Under the pieces are notes generated by a model, which did no database searches, was not told the origin of the DNA, and was given only the letters and a program-made list of their open reading frames with translations. This document shows positions 42,144-52,569 of a stretch of 64,000 nucleotides of DNA, piece after piece. Source of the stretch: Lachnospiraceae bacterium (GTDB lineage Bacteria; Bacillota; Clostridia; Lachnospirales; Lachnospiraceae); NCBI GenBank assembly GCA_051879455.1, contig JBJEMB010000268.1:40252-104251 (forward strand), written 5' to 3'. Made by a program: the position numbers and the translations under genes. Position 1 is the stretch's first letter. Every line of letters begins with the position of its first letter.

Positions 42144-42174
42144 AAACAGAATCGGATTTTTCCGGTTCTGTTTT
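42144..42174 (+). terminator. Intrinsic terminator
   Basis: aaacagaatcgga-tttt-tccggttctgttt. Confidence 0.75.
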
Positions 42175-42250
42175 CATTTTACATAATAATTGAAGTATGA
42201 TATTATCAGATGAAGTAGAATGGTCTGATGAGACTGGTTAAAAGAGGAGA

Positions 42251-42796
42251 ATGAATATGAGTGATGAGGTAAAACGCGTAAAAAGAGAATTGGCATATGA
42301 AGGAACGGTTGTTAAAGTTTATAAAGATTATATGGAATTTGCAAATGGTACAAAAGAGGTGTGGGATTATATTCACCATGATGGAGCAGCGGCAGTTGTA
42401 CCGGTACTTGAAGATGGAAGGATTCTCATGGTGACACAGTATCGAAATGCTCTGGAAAGGGAGACACTGGAACTTCCGGCAGGAAAGCTGGATGCACCGG
42501 GAGAACCAGGAATAGAATGCGCGGCAAGAGAATTGGAAGAAGAGACAGGATATAGATCAGATAATCTTGAATGGCTTCTTACACTTCGCACAACTGTTGC
42601 ACTGTGTAATGAAAAAATCGACATTTATGTAGCGAGGGATTTAAAACCATCCGTACAGAAACTGGATGAAGCAGAATATGTAACTGTAAAGGCATATACG
42701 TTGGAAGAGTTGAAGAAAAAAATATATGCTGGTGAGATGGAAGATTCAAAGACAGTGGCTGCTATCCTTGCATATGCAGATAAATTTGTAAAATAG
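42251..42796 (+). CDS. nudF: NUDIX hydrolase (ADP-ribose pyrophosphatase-like)
   Basis: Nudix box G.LD..GE....CAARELEEETG; ELPAG; upstream of spoIIM as in B. subtilis. Confidence 0.85.
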   Translation: MNMSDEVKRVKRELAYEGTVVKVYKDYMEFANGTKEVWDYIHHDGAAAVVPVLEDGRILMVTQYRNALERETLELPAGKLDAPGEPGIECAARELEEETGYRSDNLEWLLTLRTTVALCNEKIDIYVARDLKPSVQKLDEAEYVTVKAYTLEELKKKIYAGEMEDSKTVAAILAYADKFVK

Positions 42797-42805
42797 AAAA
42801 AATCA

Positions 42806-42834
42806 ACATAATACGAAAAACCCAGACATATAAT
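42806..42834 (+). promoter_or_regulatory. Putative sigmaE promoter
   Basis: acATAat-14 nt-CATATAAT upstream of the spoIIM-like gene. Confidence 0.7.
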
Positions 42835-42863
42835 GAAGTATCTTGAGCGAAGGAGCGTGTTTT

Positions 42864-43403
42864 GTGAAGATACAGGAAAAAAAGAAGCTTTTTGCTTTTT
42901 ATTATATGCTGGGTTTTTTTGGCGGTATTTTATATGCAAATTTTCAATCGAAAGATTATATTACGAGTATGGGCATATTTAATGAATATTTTTTGAGACA
43001 ATACAGTATCGCTGATATTGATACGATAAAATACCTCTGGTATGTGATGAAGATAAGGCTTGGTCCTGTCATCTTACTTTCAGCGTTAGGGTCTACCGGA
43101 ATGAGAAAAGGTGTTGTGTCAGCATTTCTCCTATGGACAGGCTTCTCAAGTGGTCTTCTTCTTACGTCAGCAGTAATGAAAATGGGAATCAAGGGAGTCC
43201 TTCTATGTTTTATTGCTCTGATTCCTCATTTTGTGTTTTATGTGGCAGGATATCTCCTTTTGCTCTGGTATCTTTATTCTTATCCGGAGATCAGATGGAA
43301 TCTTTCTAAAACAGTTGTTTTTCTTTTGTCTCTTGGTCTTGGGATTCTGCTTGAAGCCTATGTAAATCCTGTTATCATGCAGATGTTTGTCCGAACGTTG
43401 TAA
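42864..43403 (+). CDS. spoIIM: Stage II sporulation protein M-like membrane protein
   Basis: GTG after aggag; hydrophobic protein with ALIPH.VFY and ILLEAYVNP; nudF synteny; sigmaE promoter. Confidence 0.75.
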   Translation: MKIQEKKKLFAFYYMLGFFGGILYANFQSKDYITSMGIFNEYFLRQYSIADIDTIKYLWYVMKIRLGPVILLSALGSTGMRKGVVSAFLLWTGFSSGLLLTSAVMKMGIKGVLLCFIALIPHFVFYVAGYLLLLWYLYSYPEIRWNLSKTVVFLLSLGLGILLEAYVNPVIMQMFVRTL

Positions 43404-43420
43404 AATTAGTGTATCGTGAA

Positions 43421-43445
43421 AAAAGCTCCTTTGTCAGGGGCTTTT
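43421..43445. terminator. Bidirectional terminator between convergent genes
   Basis: aaaagctcct-ttgtc-aggggctttt; the minus-strand stop codon (43434-43436) lies at the loop/stem junction. Confidence 0.7.
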
Positions 43446-44774
43446 CGTTTTTTTGAGATATTGATTCAGATAAATTATACTAAGGATAAATGTGCAAAAC
43501 TGACTTATGAGCAGTCCCCACAGATATCCTTTCACCCCGAATCCAGGAATGAAAAAGAACACACCACTAATTCTTATCCCAAGGCATATTGTATTAATGA
43601 GAAAAGAAAGAGTTGTTTCACCGATACCATTTATAATACTTATAAGAGTTGTATTAGTGTACAAAAAAGGGCACATCCATGCTAACGTGACAATAAAATC
43701 ACCGGCGAGGCGGCTTGTGAACAGGTAATAACCGATCCACTGCCCGAAGAGAAGCAAAAAGGCGCAACATGCACTTCCAAGGATTACACAATAAAAAATG
43801 CTTTTCTTAATAATTGAGACCATTTGCTTTCTGTGATTTAATGTCTGTGCTTCTGCTACAGTAGGAAGAAGCATGGTTGATACAGAGTTGGTAATTGCTG
43901 ACGGAAATAAAATACAGGGAAGAGCCATTCCGGTCAAGACACCATAGGTGCTGAGTGCGCTGTATGTTGTCATTCCATATTGTTTTAGCTTCAGGGGAAT
44001 TGAGATGGCCTCAATACTTTGAAGAATATTTAAAAGAACTCGGCTGGCAGTTAATGGACAGGAAAGAAACAGTAATTCTTTTATGTAGTTTATATAGGAA
44101 AAAAAATGCCCTGTTATTTTTGGTGGTTTACTGTATAGGAAAAATTTTCTTGTAATGGCTTTTAAACAAAAAAGTGAGGAGGCAATTTCTCCGGTAACAA
44201 GGCCGGCGACTGCGATAGAAATTCCAAACTGTATTCCATTTTTTATACCGGCAATATAAATGAAATACACGGATAAAATCCTGACAATCTGTTCAATTAA
44301 TTGGGAGTAAGCAGGTATCTTAGTTTCTTTCAGACCAAAATAATACCCGATAATACAGCTATGGACAGATGCGAAAGGAAACGCGTAAGAAAGAATGATT
44401 AAAAAATCGGCACACCTTTCTTCTTTTAAAAACTCTGAAGCTATGATTCCTGCATATCTTTGGAGAAAAAGTGTGACAATACAGGAAGCACTGACAGAAA
44501 GAAAGAGGCTTGTATATAAAAGATTTCTTGCTTCTTTTTCTTTTCCGGCAGACATGCGTCCGGCAACACATCTTGCGAGGGCAGTTTCTATTCCGGCAGA
44601 GGTCAGTGAAAAACAGAGTGCATATACAGGGAAGATCAGTTGATAAAGTCCGACACCTTCTTCGCCAAATGTATGGCTCAAAAAAATCCGGTAAAAAAAT
44701 CCCATAAATCTTGTGGCAAAGCCAGTTAGTGTCAATATGACAGTTCCTTTTAATATTGTACGCTTCACGGTCAT
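43434..44774 (-). CDS. spoVB: SpoVB-like MOP flippase (polysaccharide biosynthesis family)
   Basis: ILKGTVILT...TRFMGFFYRIFL; GEEGVGLYQLIFPVY; YG.LTGMALP. Confidence 0.78.
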   Translation of the reverse strand: MTVKRTILKGTVILTLTGFATRFMGFFYRIFLSHTFGEEGVGLYQLIFPVYALCFSLTSAGIETALARCVAGRMSAGKEKEARNLLYTSLFLSVSASCIVTLFLQRYAGIIASEFLKEERCADFLIILSYAFPFASVHSCIIGYYFGLKETKIPAYSQLIEQIVRILSVYFIYIAGIKNGIQFGISIAVAGLVTGEIASSLFCLKAITRKFFLYSKPPKITGHFFSYINYIKELLFLSCPLTASRVLLNILQSIEAISIPLKLKQYGMTTYSALSTYGVLTGMALPCILFPSAITNSVSTMLLPTVAEAQTLNHRKQMVSIIKKSIFYCVILGSACCAFLLLFGQWIGYYLFTSRLAGDFIVTLAWMCPFLYTNTTLISIINGIGETTLSFLINTICLGIRISGVFFFIPGFGVKGYLWGLLISQFCTFILSIIYLNQYLKKTKSP

Positions 44775-44802
44775 AAATATAGCTCCTGAAGATCGTTGTT
44801 AT

Positions 44803-44831
44803 AACATATTCCAAATCACGATCATTCATGC
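44803..44831 (-). promoter_or_regulatory. Possible sigmaE promoter of the spoVB-like gene
   Basis: On the minus strand gcATGaa-14 nt-AATATGTT; degenerate. Confidence 0.4.
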
Positions 44832-44897
44832 ATGCTTTTTGGTAGTGTACTTAGAATTCGAAAGATAAATGAATTATATTTTATGCAAATGAAAGCC

Positions 44898-44961
44898 TTG
44901 ACAGACATTTTATACGGTGGTATCCTACATAAGAAGAAAGCCTAGTAAATAACTAGGAATT
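44898..44961 (+). promoter_or_regulatory. Promoter and Rrf2 (CymR/IscR-type) operator
   Basis: TTGACA-17-TATCCT with TGn extension; cctagt-aaata-actagg-aatt at 44941-44961. Confidence 0.7.
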
Positions 44962-44979
44962 AACAAAGAAGGTGAAAAG

Positions 44980-45438
44980 TTGAAACTTTCTACGAAAGGA
45001 AGATATGGTCTTCGGGCAATTATTGATCTGGCAAGGTACAGTGAAAAGGATCCGGTTTCGATAAGCAGTATTGCATCAAGACAGAATATTTCAGAAAGAT
45101 ATCTGGAACAACTGGTTGCAATGCTGAAAAAAGCAGGACTTGTAAAAAGTATCCGGGGTGCTTCGGGAGGATATGTACTTGCAAAAGATATGAAAGATAT
45201 CTCTGTCGGAGATGTACTCCGTGCTCTGGAAGGAAGTCTTGAACCGGTAAAGTGTGCCGCTTTTGACCCGGAGGAAGGATGCAGCGCTTCAGGAGGCTGT
45301 GTCACAAAATATGTCTGGCAGAAAATCAATGAAAGTATTACAAAGACTGTTGATGAGATCAATTTAGCAGAGCTTGTGTCAGAAAGCAGGCGGATCAATC
45401 CGGATGGAGACTGTGAAAAGCCGATGTGCGGCAGTTAG
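44980..45438 (+). CDS. Rrf2 family regulator (IscR/CymR-like)
   Basis: MKLSTKGRYGLRA; ISERYLEQL; SIRGASGGYVL; three Cys in VKC...EGC...GC. Confidence 0.92.
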   Translation: MKLSTKGRYGLRAIIDLARYSEKDPVSISSIASRQNISERYLEQLVAMLKKAGLVKSIRGASGGYVLAKDMKDISVGDVLRALEGSLEPVKCAAFDPEEGCSASGGCVTKYVWQKINESITKTVDEINLAELVSESRRINPDGDCEKPMCGS

Positions 45439-45495
45439 AAATGTATTTGTGATTTTATAGTTTAATATGATAAATGTAAAATGGAGGAAAAGAAC

Positions 45496-46680
45496 ATGAA
45501 CAAACTAATATACCTCGATAACGCAGCAACAACAAAGACTGCACCTGAAGTAGTAGATGCAATGCTTCCGTATTTTACGGAAAATTTTGGGAATCCGTCC
45601 AGTGTCTATGGATTTGCAGCGAAAAACAAAGAAGCAATCACAAAGAAAAGAGAAGCGATTGCAAATGCATTAGGTGCTAAAACAAATGAAATATATTTTA
45701 CAGCCGGTGGTTCTGAATCGGATAACTGGGCTTTAAAAGCTACTGCTGAAGCATACGCAGAGAAAGGAAATCACATTATTACTACCAAGATTGAGCATCA
45801 CGCAATCCTGCACACAGGAGAATATCTTGAAAAACGAGGATATGAAGTAACCTACCTTGATGTGGATGAGAATGGTGTAGTAAAGCTTGAAGATCTGAAA
45901 GCAGCTATTCGTCCTACTACGATCCTGATCTCAGTTATGTTTGCAAATAATGAAATCGGAACGATCCAGCCGATTAAAGAGATCGGAGAGATAGCAAAAG
46001 AGCATGGTATTTTATTCCACACAGATGCGGTGCAGGCTTTTGGACAGGTCCCGATTAATGTCGATGAGTATCATATTGATATGTTAAGTGCTAGCGGCCA
46101 TAAATTAAACGGACCGAAAGGTATTGGATTTTTATATATCCGCACAGGAGTAAAGATTCGCTCCTTCGTTCATGGCGGAGCTCAGGAGAGAAAGCGCCGT
46201 GCCGGAACAGAAAACGTACCTGGAATTATTGGGCTGGGAACAGCGGTAGAACGTGCAATGTGCACAATGAAAGATCGTACAGAAAAAGAAATAGAACTCC
46301 GTGACTATCTGATCCAGCGGGTTATGGACGAGATCCCGTATACAAAACTTAACGGGCATCCAACAAAGCGTCTTCCGAATAATGCAAATTTCAGTTTCCG
46401 TTTTGTAGAAGGAGAGTCGCTCCTTATTATGCTGGATATGAAAGGAATCTGTGGATCCAGCGGTTCTGCATGTACATCGGGTTCACTCGACCCGTCACAT
46501 GTCCTTCTTGCAATCGGATTGCCGCACGAAATCGCACATGGGTCACTTCGTTTGACATTAAATGAAGAGATTACAAAAGAAGACATCGATTATGTTGTAG
46601 ATAATTTAAAAGAAATTGTAAATCACCTGCGCCAGATGTCACCTTTATATGAAGATTTTATAAAGAAAAACGAGAAATAA
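45496..46680 (+). CDS. iscS: Cysteine desulfurase
   Basis: YLDNAATT; GNPSS; SGHKLNGPKG; SSGSACTSGS. Confidence 0.96.
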   Translation: MNKLIYLDNAATTKTAPEVVDAMLPYFTENFGNPSSVYGFAAKNKEAITKKREAIANALGAKTNEIYFTAGGSESDNWALKATAEAYAEKGNHIITTKIEHHAILHTGEYLEKRGYEVTYLDVDENGVVKLEDLKAAIRPTTILISVMFANNEIGTIQPIKEIGEIAKEHGILFHTDAVQAFGQVPINVDEYHIDMLSASGHKLNGPKGIGFLYIRTGVKIRSFVHGGAQERKRRAGTENVPGIIGLGTAVERAMCTMKDRTEKEIELRDYLIQRVMDEIPYTKLNGHPTKRLPNNANFSFRFVEGESLLIMLDMKGICGSSGSACTSGSLDPSHVLLAIGLPHEIAHGSLRLTLNEEITKEDIDYVVDNLKEIVNHLRQMSPLYEDFIKKNEK

Positions 46681-46719
46681 ATGAAAAAATTAGTTTTAAA
46701 TAACAGGAGGAATTGACAG

Positions 46720-47163
46720 ATGTATTCAGAAAAAGTAATGGATCATTTCGAACATCCGAGAAATGTAGGAGAGATAGAAAATGCCAGCGGTGTAGGAACT
46801 GTTGGCAATGCAAAATGCGGAGATATCATGAGAATTTATCTTGATATCGATGAAAATCAGATCATCAGGGATGTAAAGTTTAAAACATTCGGCTGTGGTG
46901 CTGCTGTTGCTACAAGCAGTATGGCAACAGAGCTTGTCAAGGGAAAATCCATCCAGGAGGCTATGCAGGTGACAAATCGTGCTGTTATGGAAGCGTTAGA
47001 CGGACTTCCGCCGGTAAAGGTTCATTGTTCACTTCTTGCAGAAGAGGCAATCCATGCAGCGTTGTGGGATTATGCAGAGAAAAATGATATTAAGATAGAA
47101 GGGCTTGAAAAACCAAAGTCTGATATTCACGAAGGTGAGGAAGAAGAGGAAGAAGCATATTAG
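46720..47163 (+). CDS. iscU: Fe-S scaffold IscU/NifU
   Basis: HFEHPRNVG; NAKCGD; FKTFGCG; PPVKVHCS. Confidence 0.96.
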   Translation: MYSEKVMDHFEHPRNVGEIENASGVGTVGNAKCGDIMRIYLDIDENQIIRDVKFKTFGCGAAVATSSMATELVKGKSIQEAMQVTNRAVMEALDGLPPVKVHCSLLAEEAIHAALWDYAEKNDIKIEGLEKPKSDIHEGEEEEEEAY

Positions 47164-47164
47164 T

Positions 47165-48250
47165 ATGGAAAAGAAAAAAGTAGTGGTAGGCATGTCAGGG
47201 GGAGTTGATTCTTCGGTCGCTGCATGGCTTTTAAAAGAACAGGGCTATGATGTGATTGGTGTGACTATGCAGATCTGGCAGGATGAAGACAATACAGTCA
47301 TGGAAGAGAACGGCGGATGCTGTGGGCTCAGTGCGGTAGATGACGCAAGAAGAGTAGCAGCAAGTCTTGATATTCCATACTATGTTATGAATTTTAAGCA
47401 GGAGTTCAAAGAAAATGTGATAGATTATTTTGTGGATGAATATCTTCATGGGAGAACTCCGAATCCGTGTATTGCGTGTAACCGGTATGTGAAATGGGAA
47501 TCTCTGTTAAAGAGAAGTCTTGATATCGGAGCCGATTATATTGCTACAGGACATTATGCCAGAATCAAAAAGCTTCCTAATGGCAGATTTACAATCCAAA
47601 CTTCAGCTACAAGTGCAAAAGACCAGACATATGCTCTTTACAATCTGACTCAGGAACAATTGTCAAAAACTCTTATGCCTGTCGGTGAATACAAAAAAGA
47701 TGAGATCCGGGCAATGGCTGAAAAAATTGGTCTCAAAGTGGCAAATAAACCGGATAGTCAGGATATTTGTTTTGTGCCGGACGGAGATTATGCTTCTTTT
47801 ATAGAAGAAAGCGCAGATGAGGAAATACGACCCGGAAATTTTGTGACTTCAGACGGAACTGTGGTAGGAAAGCATAAAGGCATTATCCATTATACAGTAG
47901 GACAGAGGAAAGGCCTCGGGCTCTCACTGGGGCATCCTGTATTCGTGTTAGAGATTCGACCTGAGACAAATGAAGTAGTAGTAGGGACGAATGAGGAATC
48001 TATGTCAAAGTATGTCAGGGCCAATCATCTGAATTTTATGTCTGTTTCCGATCTGACTGAAGAAAAGAGAGTATGGGCAAAAATCAGGTACAATCACAAA
48101 GGTGCATGGTGCACTGTGAAAAAGACAGCTGACGATGAGATCCTTTGCACATTTGAGGAACCTCAGAGAGCAATCACACCGGGACAGGCGGTGGTTTTAT
48201 ATGATAAGGAATATGTCCTCGGCGGAGGAACGATAATAGGAGATAAGTAG
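47165..48250 (+). CDS. mnmA: tRNA 2-thiouridylase
   Basis: SGGVDS; TPNPCIACN; ATGHYA; KDQTY; DSQDICF; AITPGQA. Confidence 0.97.
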   Translation: MEKKKVVVGMSGGVDSSVAAWLLKEQGYDVIGVTMQIWQDEDNTVMEENGGCCGLSAVDDARRVAASLDIPYYVMNFKQEFKENVIDYFVDEYLHGRTPNPCIACNRYVKWESLLKRSLDIGADYIATGHYARIKKLPNGRFTIQTSATSAKDQTYALYNLTQEQLSKTLMPVGEYKKDEIRAMAEKIGLKVANKPDSQDICFVPDGDYASFIEESADEEIRPGNFVTSDGTVVGKHKGIIHYTVGQRKGLGLSLGHPVFVLEIRPETNEVVVGTNEESMSKYVRANHLNFMSVSDLTEEKRVWAKIRYNHKGAWCTVKKTADDEILCTFEEPQRAITPGQAVVLYDKEYVLGGGTIIGDK

Positions 48251-48253
48251 GAA

Positions 48254-49060
48254 ATGATAATATCAGACGTTCATATGCATACAAATTTTTCCCATGATTC
48301 AGAAAGCTCCCCTGAACAGATGGTAGAGGGAGCAATTGAGAAGGGATTAAAGATCATATGCTTTACCGATCATTATGATAAAGATATTATGGACTGGGGA
48401 GAAGAAGATATCTTCGAACCGGAAAAGTATTTTGAAAAGCTGACACAGGTAAAGGAGCAATACAAGGATAAGATAGATTTAAGGATTGGCGTGGAGCTTG
48501 GACTCCAGCCGTATCTGGGAGAATATTACAGAGAATTTGTAAAAAAGTATCCATTTGATTTCATTATTGGTTCTGTCCACAGTATCGATTGCTCCGATGT
48601 GGCATCAAGAAAGGTTTTCAGAGATAAGACAGATGAAGAGGTCTATCGCAAAGTATTTACCGAGATGTCAGAAGACATACGCGCATTTGATGATTTTGAT
48701 GTGTTTGGCCATATTGATTATGTTACACGGTATGGCGCCGAAAGGGAGAAAGAATACTCTTATCAGGAATTTGCCGATGAAATTGACAGTGTATTAAAGC
48801 TTTTGATCGAGAAGGGAAAAGGAATTGAGCTTAACACGGCAGGGCTTAAATACGGGCTTCCATATGCGCATCCGCATCCGGATGTATTAAAACGATACAG
48901 GGAGCTTGGAGGAGAGCTCATTACTGTCGGTGCTGATGGCCACAGACCTGAACATATTGCGTATGATTTTGATAAAGCAGTCAGGATTTTACAAGACTGT
49001 GGCTTTAAATATTATGCAGAATTTAAAGAGAGAAAACCTGCTTTTCATAAGATTGTATAA
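48254..49060 (+). CDS. PHP-family histidinol-phosphatase-like protein (HisJ/HisK)
   Basis: D.HMHT.FS.D; FTDH; IGVELG; IGSVH; GHIDY; GADGH. Confidence 0.85.
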   Translation: MIISDVHMHTNFSHDSESSPEQMVEGAIEKGLKIICFTDHYDKDIMDWGEEDIFEPEKYFEKLTQVKEQYKDKIDLRIGVELGLQPYLGEYYREFVKKYPFDFIIGSVHSIDCSDVASRKVFRDKTDEEVYRKVFTEMSEDIRAFDDFDVFGHIDYVTRYGAEREKEYSYQEFADEIDSVLKLLIEKGKGIELNTAGLKYGLPYAHPHPDVLKRYRELGGELITVGADGHRPEHIAYDFDKAVRILQDCGFKYYAEFKERKPAFHKIV

Positions 49061-49088
49061 TTCATCAGTGAAAAAATAGAAAAGACAC

Positions 49089-49117
49089 TTGAATTTTTGT
49101 ATTGAATTTAGTACAAT
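49089..49117 (+). promoter_or_regulatory. sigmaA promoter of gap
   Basis: TTGAAT-17-TACAAT. Confidence 0.7.
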
Positions 49118-49216
49118 AGTTGCAGTTGATGATTCTTTAACGAACTAAAGAGTTAATCATAAAGTATAAAAGGACTGTGTAATCAGTTAATAACAAACTT
49201 TTAGGAGGAATTAATC

Positions 49217-50230
49217 ATGGCAGTAAAAGTAGCGATTAATGGATTTGGACGTATTGGACGTCTTGCATTCAGACAGATGTTTGGAGCAGAAGGATATGAA
49301 GTAGTTGCAATCAACGACTTAACATCTCCAAAGATGCTTGCACACTTACTTAAATACGATTCATCTCAGGGCAAGTATGCTTTAGCTGACAAAGTAGAAG
49401 CAACAGATGATTCTATCATCGTTGACGGAAAAGAAATCAAGATTTATGCAAAAGCTAACGCAGAGGAACTTCCTTGGGGAGAGATTGGTGTTGACGTAGT
49501 TCTTGAGTGTACAGGTTTCTATACATCCAAAGAAAAAGCATCAGCTCACGTGAAAGCAGGAGCAAGAAAGGTTGTTATTTCAGCACCAGCTGGAAGCGAT
49601 CTGCCAACTATCGTATATAATGTTAACCACAACACACTGAAACCAGAGGATACAGTTATCTCAGCAGCTTCCTGTACAACAAACTGCTTAGCACCAATGG
49701 CTAAAGCTCTTAACGATCTTGCACCAATCAAATCCGGTATCATGTGCACAATCCACGCTTACACAGGTGATCAGATGACACTTGACGGACCACAGAGAAA
49801 AGGTGATTTAAGAAGATCTCGTGCAGCAGCAGTTAATATCGTTCCTAACAGCACAGGTGCTGCAAAAGCAATCGGTCTTGTTATTCCAGAACTTAACGGA
49901 AAACTGATCGGAGCTGCTCAGCGTGTTCCTACACCAACAGGATCTACAACAATTCTTACAGCAGTTGTAGAAGGAACTGTAACAGTTGATGAGATCAATG
50001 CAGCTATGAAAGCAGCTTCTAATGAGTCCTTCGGATACAACACAGATGAGATCGTATCCAGCGATATCGTTGGTATGAGATTTGGTTCTCTGTTTGATGC
50101 AACTCAGACAATGGTTTGCCCATTAGACAATGGAACAACAGAGGTTCAGGTAGTATCCTGGTATGATAATGAGAATTCTTACACAAGCCAGATGGTAAGA
50201 ACAATCAAATACTTCTCAGAGTTAGCTTAA
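49217..50230 (+). CDS. gap: Glyceraldehyde-3-phosphate dehydrogenase (type I)
   Basis: INGFGRIGR; [10 protein letters not shown]; STGAAKA; SWYDNE. Confidence 0.99.
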   Translation: MAVKVAINGFGRIGRLAFRQMFGAEGYEVVAINDLTSPKMLAHLLKYDSSQGKYALADKVEATDDSIIVDGKEIKIYAKANAEELPWGEIGVDVVLECTGFYTSKEKASAHVKAGARKVVISAPAGSDLPTIVYNVNHNTLKPEDTVISAASCTTNCLAPMAKALNDLAPIKSGIMCTIHAYTGDQMTLDGPQRKGDLRRSRAAAVNIVPNSTGAAKAIGLVIPELNGKLIGAAQRVPTPTGSTTILTAVVEGTVTVDEINAAMKAASNESFGYNTDEIVSSDIVGMRFGSLFDATQTMVCPLDNGTTEVQVVSWYDNENSYTSQMVRTIKYFSELA

Positions 50231-50274
50231 GACATTTAGCGAGGTTTTTAGTGAGCTTAGTCTCGAAGAACTTC
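50231..50274 (+). repeat. Structured element after the gap stop, homologous to the one after pgk
   Basis: atttagcGAggtttttagtGAgcttagtctcgaagaacttc aligns with 51554-51594. Confidence 0.65.
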
Positions 50275-50297
50275 AATAGATATATAAAAAGACTCAC

Positions 50298-50331
50298 AAA
50301 GGGTCCGGTCTTTTTGGACCGGATCCTTTTT
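50298..50331 (+). terminator. Intrinsic terminator after gap
   Basis: aaagggtccggtc / gaccggatccttt plus T tail. Confidence 0.8.
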
Positions 50332-50359
50332 AAAATCTATAATATAGGAGGCGTAAACG

Positions 50360-51553
50360 ATGCTTAATAAAAAATCAGTTGATGATATTAATGTAAAAGG
50401 TTTAAAAGTCCTTTGCAGATGTGATTTTAATGTTCCGCTTATTGACGGAAAGATTACAGATGAGAACCGTCTTGTAGCAGCACTTCCGACAATCAAGAAG
50501 CTGATTGCTGACGGAGGAAAGATCATTCTCTGCTCACATCTCGGAAAACCGAAGGGACAGCCGGTACCGGAGTTATCTCTTGCACCAGTTGCAGTTCGTC
50601 TGTCAGAACTTCTCGGTCAGGAAGTTAAATTCGCTGCTGATCCGGAAGTAGTTGGTCCTAATGCAAAAGCAGCAGTAGAAGCTATGAAAGATGGAGATGT
50701 GATTCTTCTTGAGAACACACGTTACAGAGTAGAAGAGACTAAGAATGGAGAAGCTTTCAGCAAAGATCTGGCATCACTTTGTGATGTATTTGTAAATGAT
50801 GCATTCGGAACAGCTCACCGTGCACACTGCTCAAACGTTGGTGTTACACAGTTTGTTGACACAGCTGTAGTAGGATACCTTATGCAGAAAGAGATTGATT
50901 TCCTCGGAAATGCAGTAAATAATCCGGAGAGACCGTTTGTTGCAATTCTTGGAGGAGCAAAAGTTTCCAGTAAGATTTCCGTAATTGAGAATCTTCTTGA
51001 TAAAGTAGACACACTGATCATTGGTGGAGGAATGTCCTATACTTTCTCAAAAGCACAGGGCGGAAGCGTAGGAAAATCTCTTCTTGAAGAAGATTACTGT
51101 GAATATGCATTGAATATGTTAAAGAAAGCTGAAGAAAAGGGCGTAAAATTATTACTTCCTGTAGATACTGTTATTGCTGATGATTTCTCAAATGATGCGA
51201 ATTCAAAAGTAGTGAAAGCAGGCGAGATTCCGGATGGCTGGGAAGGTCTTGATATCGGACCTGAGACAACTAAGATTTTCTGTGAGGCAGTAAAAGATGC
51301 TAAGACAGTCGTATGGAACGGACCGATGGGATGCTTTGAGATGCCTAATTTTGCAACAGGTACAGAGGCAGTTGCAAAAGCACTTGCTGATACAGAAGCA
51401 GTTACAATTATCGGTGGCGGTGATTCCGCAGCAGCAGTTAATCAGTTAGGATATGGCGATAAGATGACACACATCTCAACAGGTGGTGGAGCTTCTCTTG
51501 AATTCCTTGAGGGTAAGGAGTTGCCGGGTGTTGCAGCAGCTAACGATAAGTAA
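50360..51553 (+). CDS. pgk: Phosphoglycerate kinase
   Basis: RCDFNVP; SHLGKP; LLENTRY; NDAFGTAHR; WNGPMG; GGGDS; STGGGA. Confidence 0.99.
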   Translation: MLNKKSVDDINVKGLKVLCRCDFNVPLIDGKITDENRLVAALPTIKKLIADGGKIILCSHLGKPKGQPVPELSLAPVAVRLSELLGQEVKFAADPEVVGPNAKAAVEAMKDGDVILLENTRYRVEETKNGEAFSKDLASLCDVFVNDAFGTAHRAHCSNVGVTQFVDTAVVGYLMQKEIDFLGNAVNNPERPFVAILGGAKVSSKISVIENLLDKVDTLIIGGGMSYTFSKAQGGSVGKSLLEEDYCEYALNMLKKAEEKGVKLLLPVDTVIADDFSNDANSKVVKAGEIPDGWEGLDIGPETTKIFCEAVKDAKTVVWNGPMGCFEMPNFATGTEAVAKALADTEAVTIIGGGDSAAAVNQLGYGDKMTHISTGGGASLEFLEGKELPGVAAANDK

Positions 51554-51676
51554 GCACTTGGCGAGTTTTTTTGAGCCTAGTGCGAACTTACTTCGCCGCA
51601 CTTGGCGAATTCGAGCCAAAGGCGAGAGATGAGCTTGGTAAGGCGAAATTACTTTAGACGAGTGTAATTGAGGCCT
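51554..51676 (+). repeat. Array of four tandem-GA hairpin units between pgk and tpiA
   Basis: gcacttggcga repeated at 51554 and 51598; units GC-GA-loop-GA-GC at 51554-51583, 51602-51619, 51616-51638 and 51641-51676. Confidence 0.7.
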
Positions 51677-51724
51677 GAGATTAAGGTGAACATACATTTA
51701 TGTATATGATTAAGGAGATAAAAA

Positions 51725-52474
51725 ATGGCAAGAAGAAAAATTGTAGCAGGAAACTGGAAAATGAATAAAACTCCAAGTGAGGCAGTTGCTTTAGTTGAGG
51801 AGTTAAAACCATTAGTAGCAAGCGAAGATGTTGATGTAGTATTTTGCGTACCTGCAATTGATATCATTCCTGTAGTAGAGGCTTGCAAGGGAAGTAACAT
51901 TCAGGTTGGTGCTGAGAATATGTATTTTGAGGAGAAAGGTGCATTTACAGGTGAGATTTCTCCGGCTATGCTTACAGATGCAGGTGTAAAATATGTAGTT
52001 CTCGGACATTCTGAGAGAAGAGAATATTTTGCAGAGACAAATGAAACTGTAAATAAAAAGATGTTAAAAGCATTTGAACATGGTATTACACCAATTATGT
52101 GCTGTGGCGAGACTCTTGAGCAGAGAGAGCAGGGCGTTACTATGGACTTTATCCGTCAGCAGGTAAAAGTTGGTTTCTTAAACGTAACAGCAGATCAGGC
52201 TAAGACAGCAGTAATCGCTTACGAGCCGATCTGGGCGATTGGAACAGGAAAGACAGCTACAACAGAGCAGGCAGAAGAAGTTTGTGCAGGAATCCGTGCA
52301 TGCATCGCTGAGATTTATGATGAAGCAACAGCAGAAGCTATCCGTATCCAGTATGGCGGATCTGTAAATGCTGGTAATGCGGCAGAGTTATTTGCACAGG
52401 CTGACATTGACGGTGGTCTTGTTGGCGGCGCTTCCCTTAAGGCTGATTTTGGTAAGATCGTAAACTACAAATAA
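51725..52474 (+). CDS. tpiA: Triosephosphate isomerase
   Basis: AGNWKMN; LGHSERR; [11 protein letters not shown]; YGGSV; LVGGASL. Confidence 0.99.
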   Translation: MARRKIVAGNWKMNKTPSEAVALVEELKPLVASEDVDVVFCVPAIDIIPVVEACKGSNIQVGAENMYFEEKGAFTGEISPAMLTDAGVKYVVLGHSERREYFAETNETVNKKMLKAFEHGITPIMCCGETLEQREQGVTMDFIRQQVKVGFLNVTADQAKTAVIAYEPIWAIGTGKTATTEQAEEVCAGIRACIAEIYDEATAEAIRIQYGGSVNAGNAAELFAQADIDGGLVGGASLKADFGKIVNYK

Positions 52475-52493
52475 TTGATTACACATAAGGCAT

Positions 52494-52527
52494 AAAAGGG
52501 TCGCCAGTTTTATCCGGCGGCCCTTTT
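52494..52527 (+). terminator. Terminator after tpiA
   Basis: aaaagggtcgcc / ggcggccctttt. Confidence 0.75.
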
Positions 52528-52569
52528 GACGAAAAAGCTTAAAATAACAGTCATTGCAGGAGGCAGCAC

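Noticed and set aside
51554-51676. Mini CRISPR array
   Set aside because: Only an 11-bp repeat occurring twice, no repeat-spacer periodicity and no cas genes; reported as a structured repeat instead
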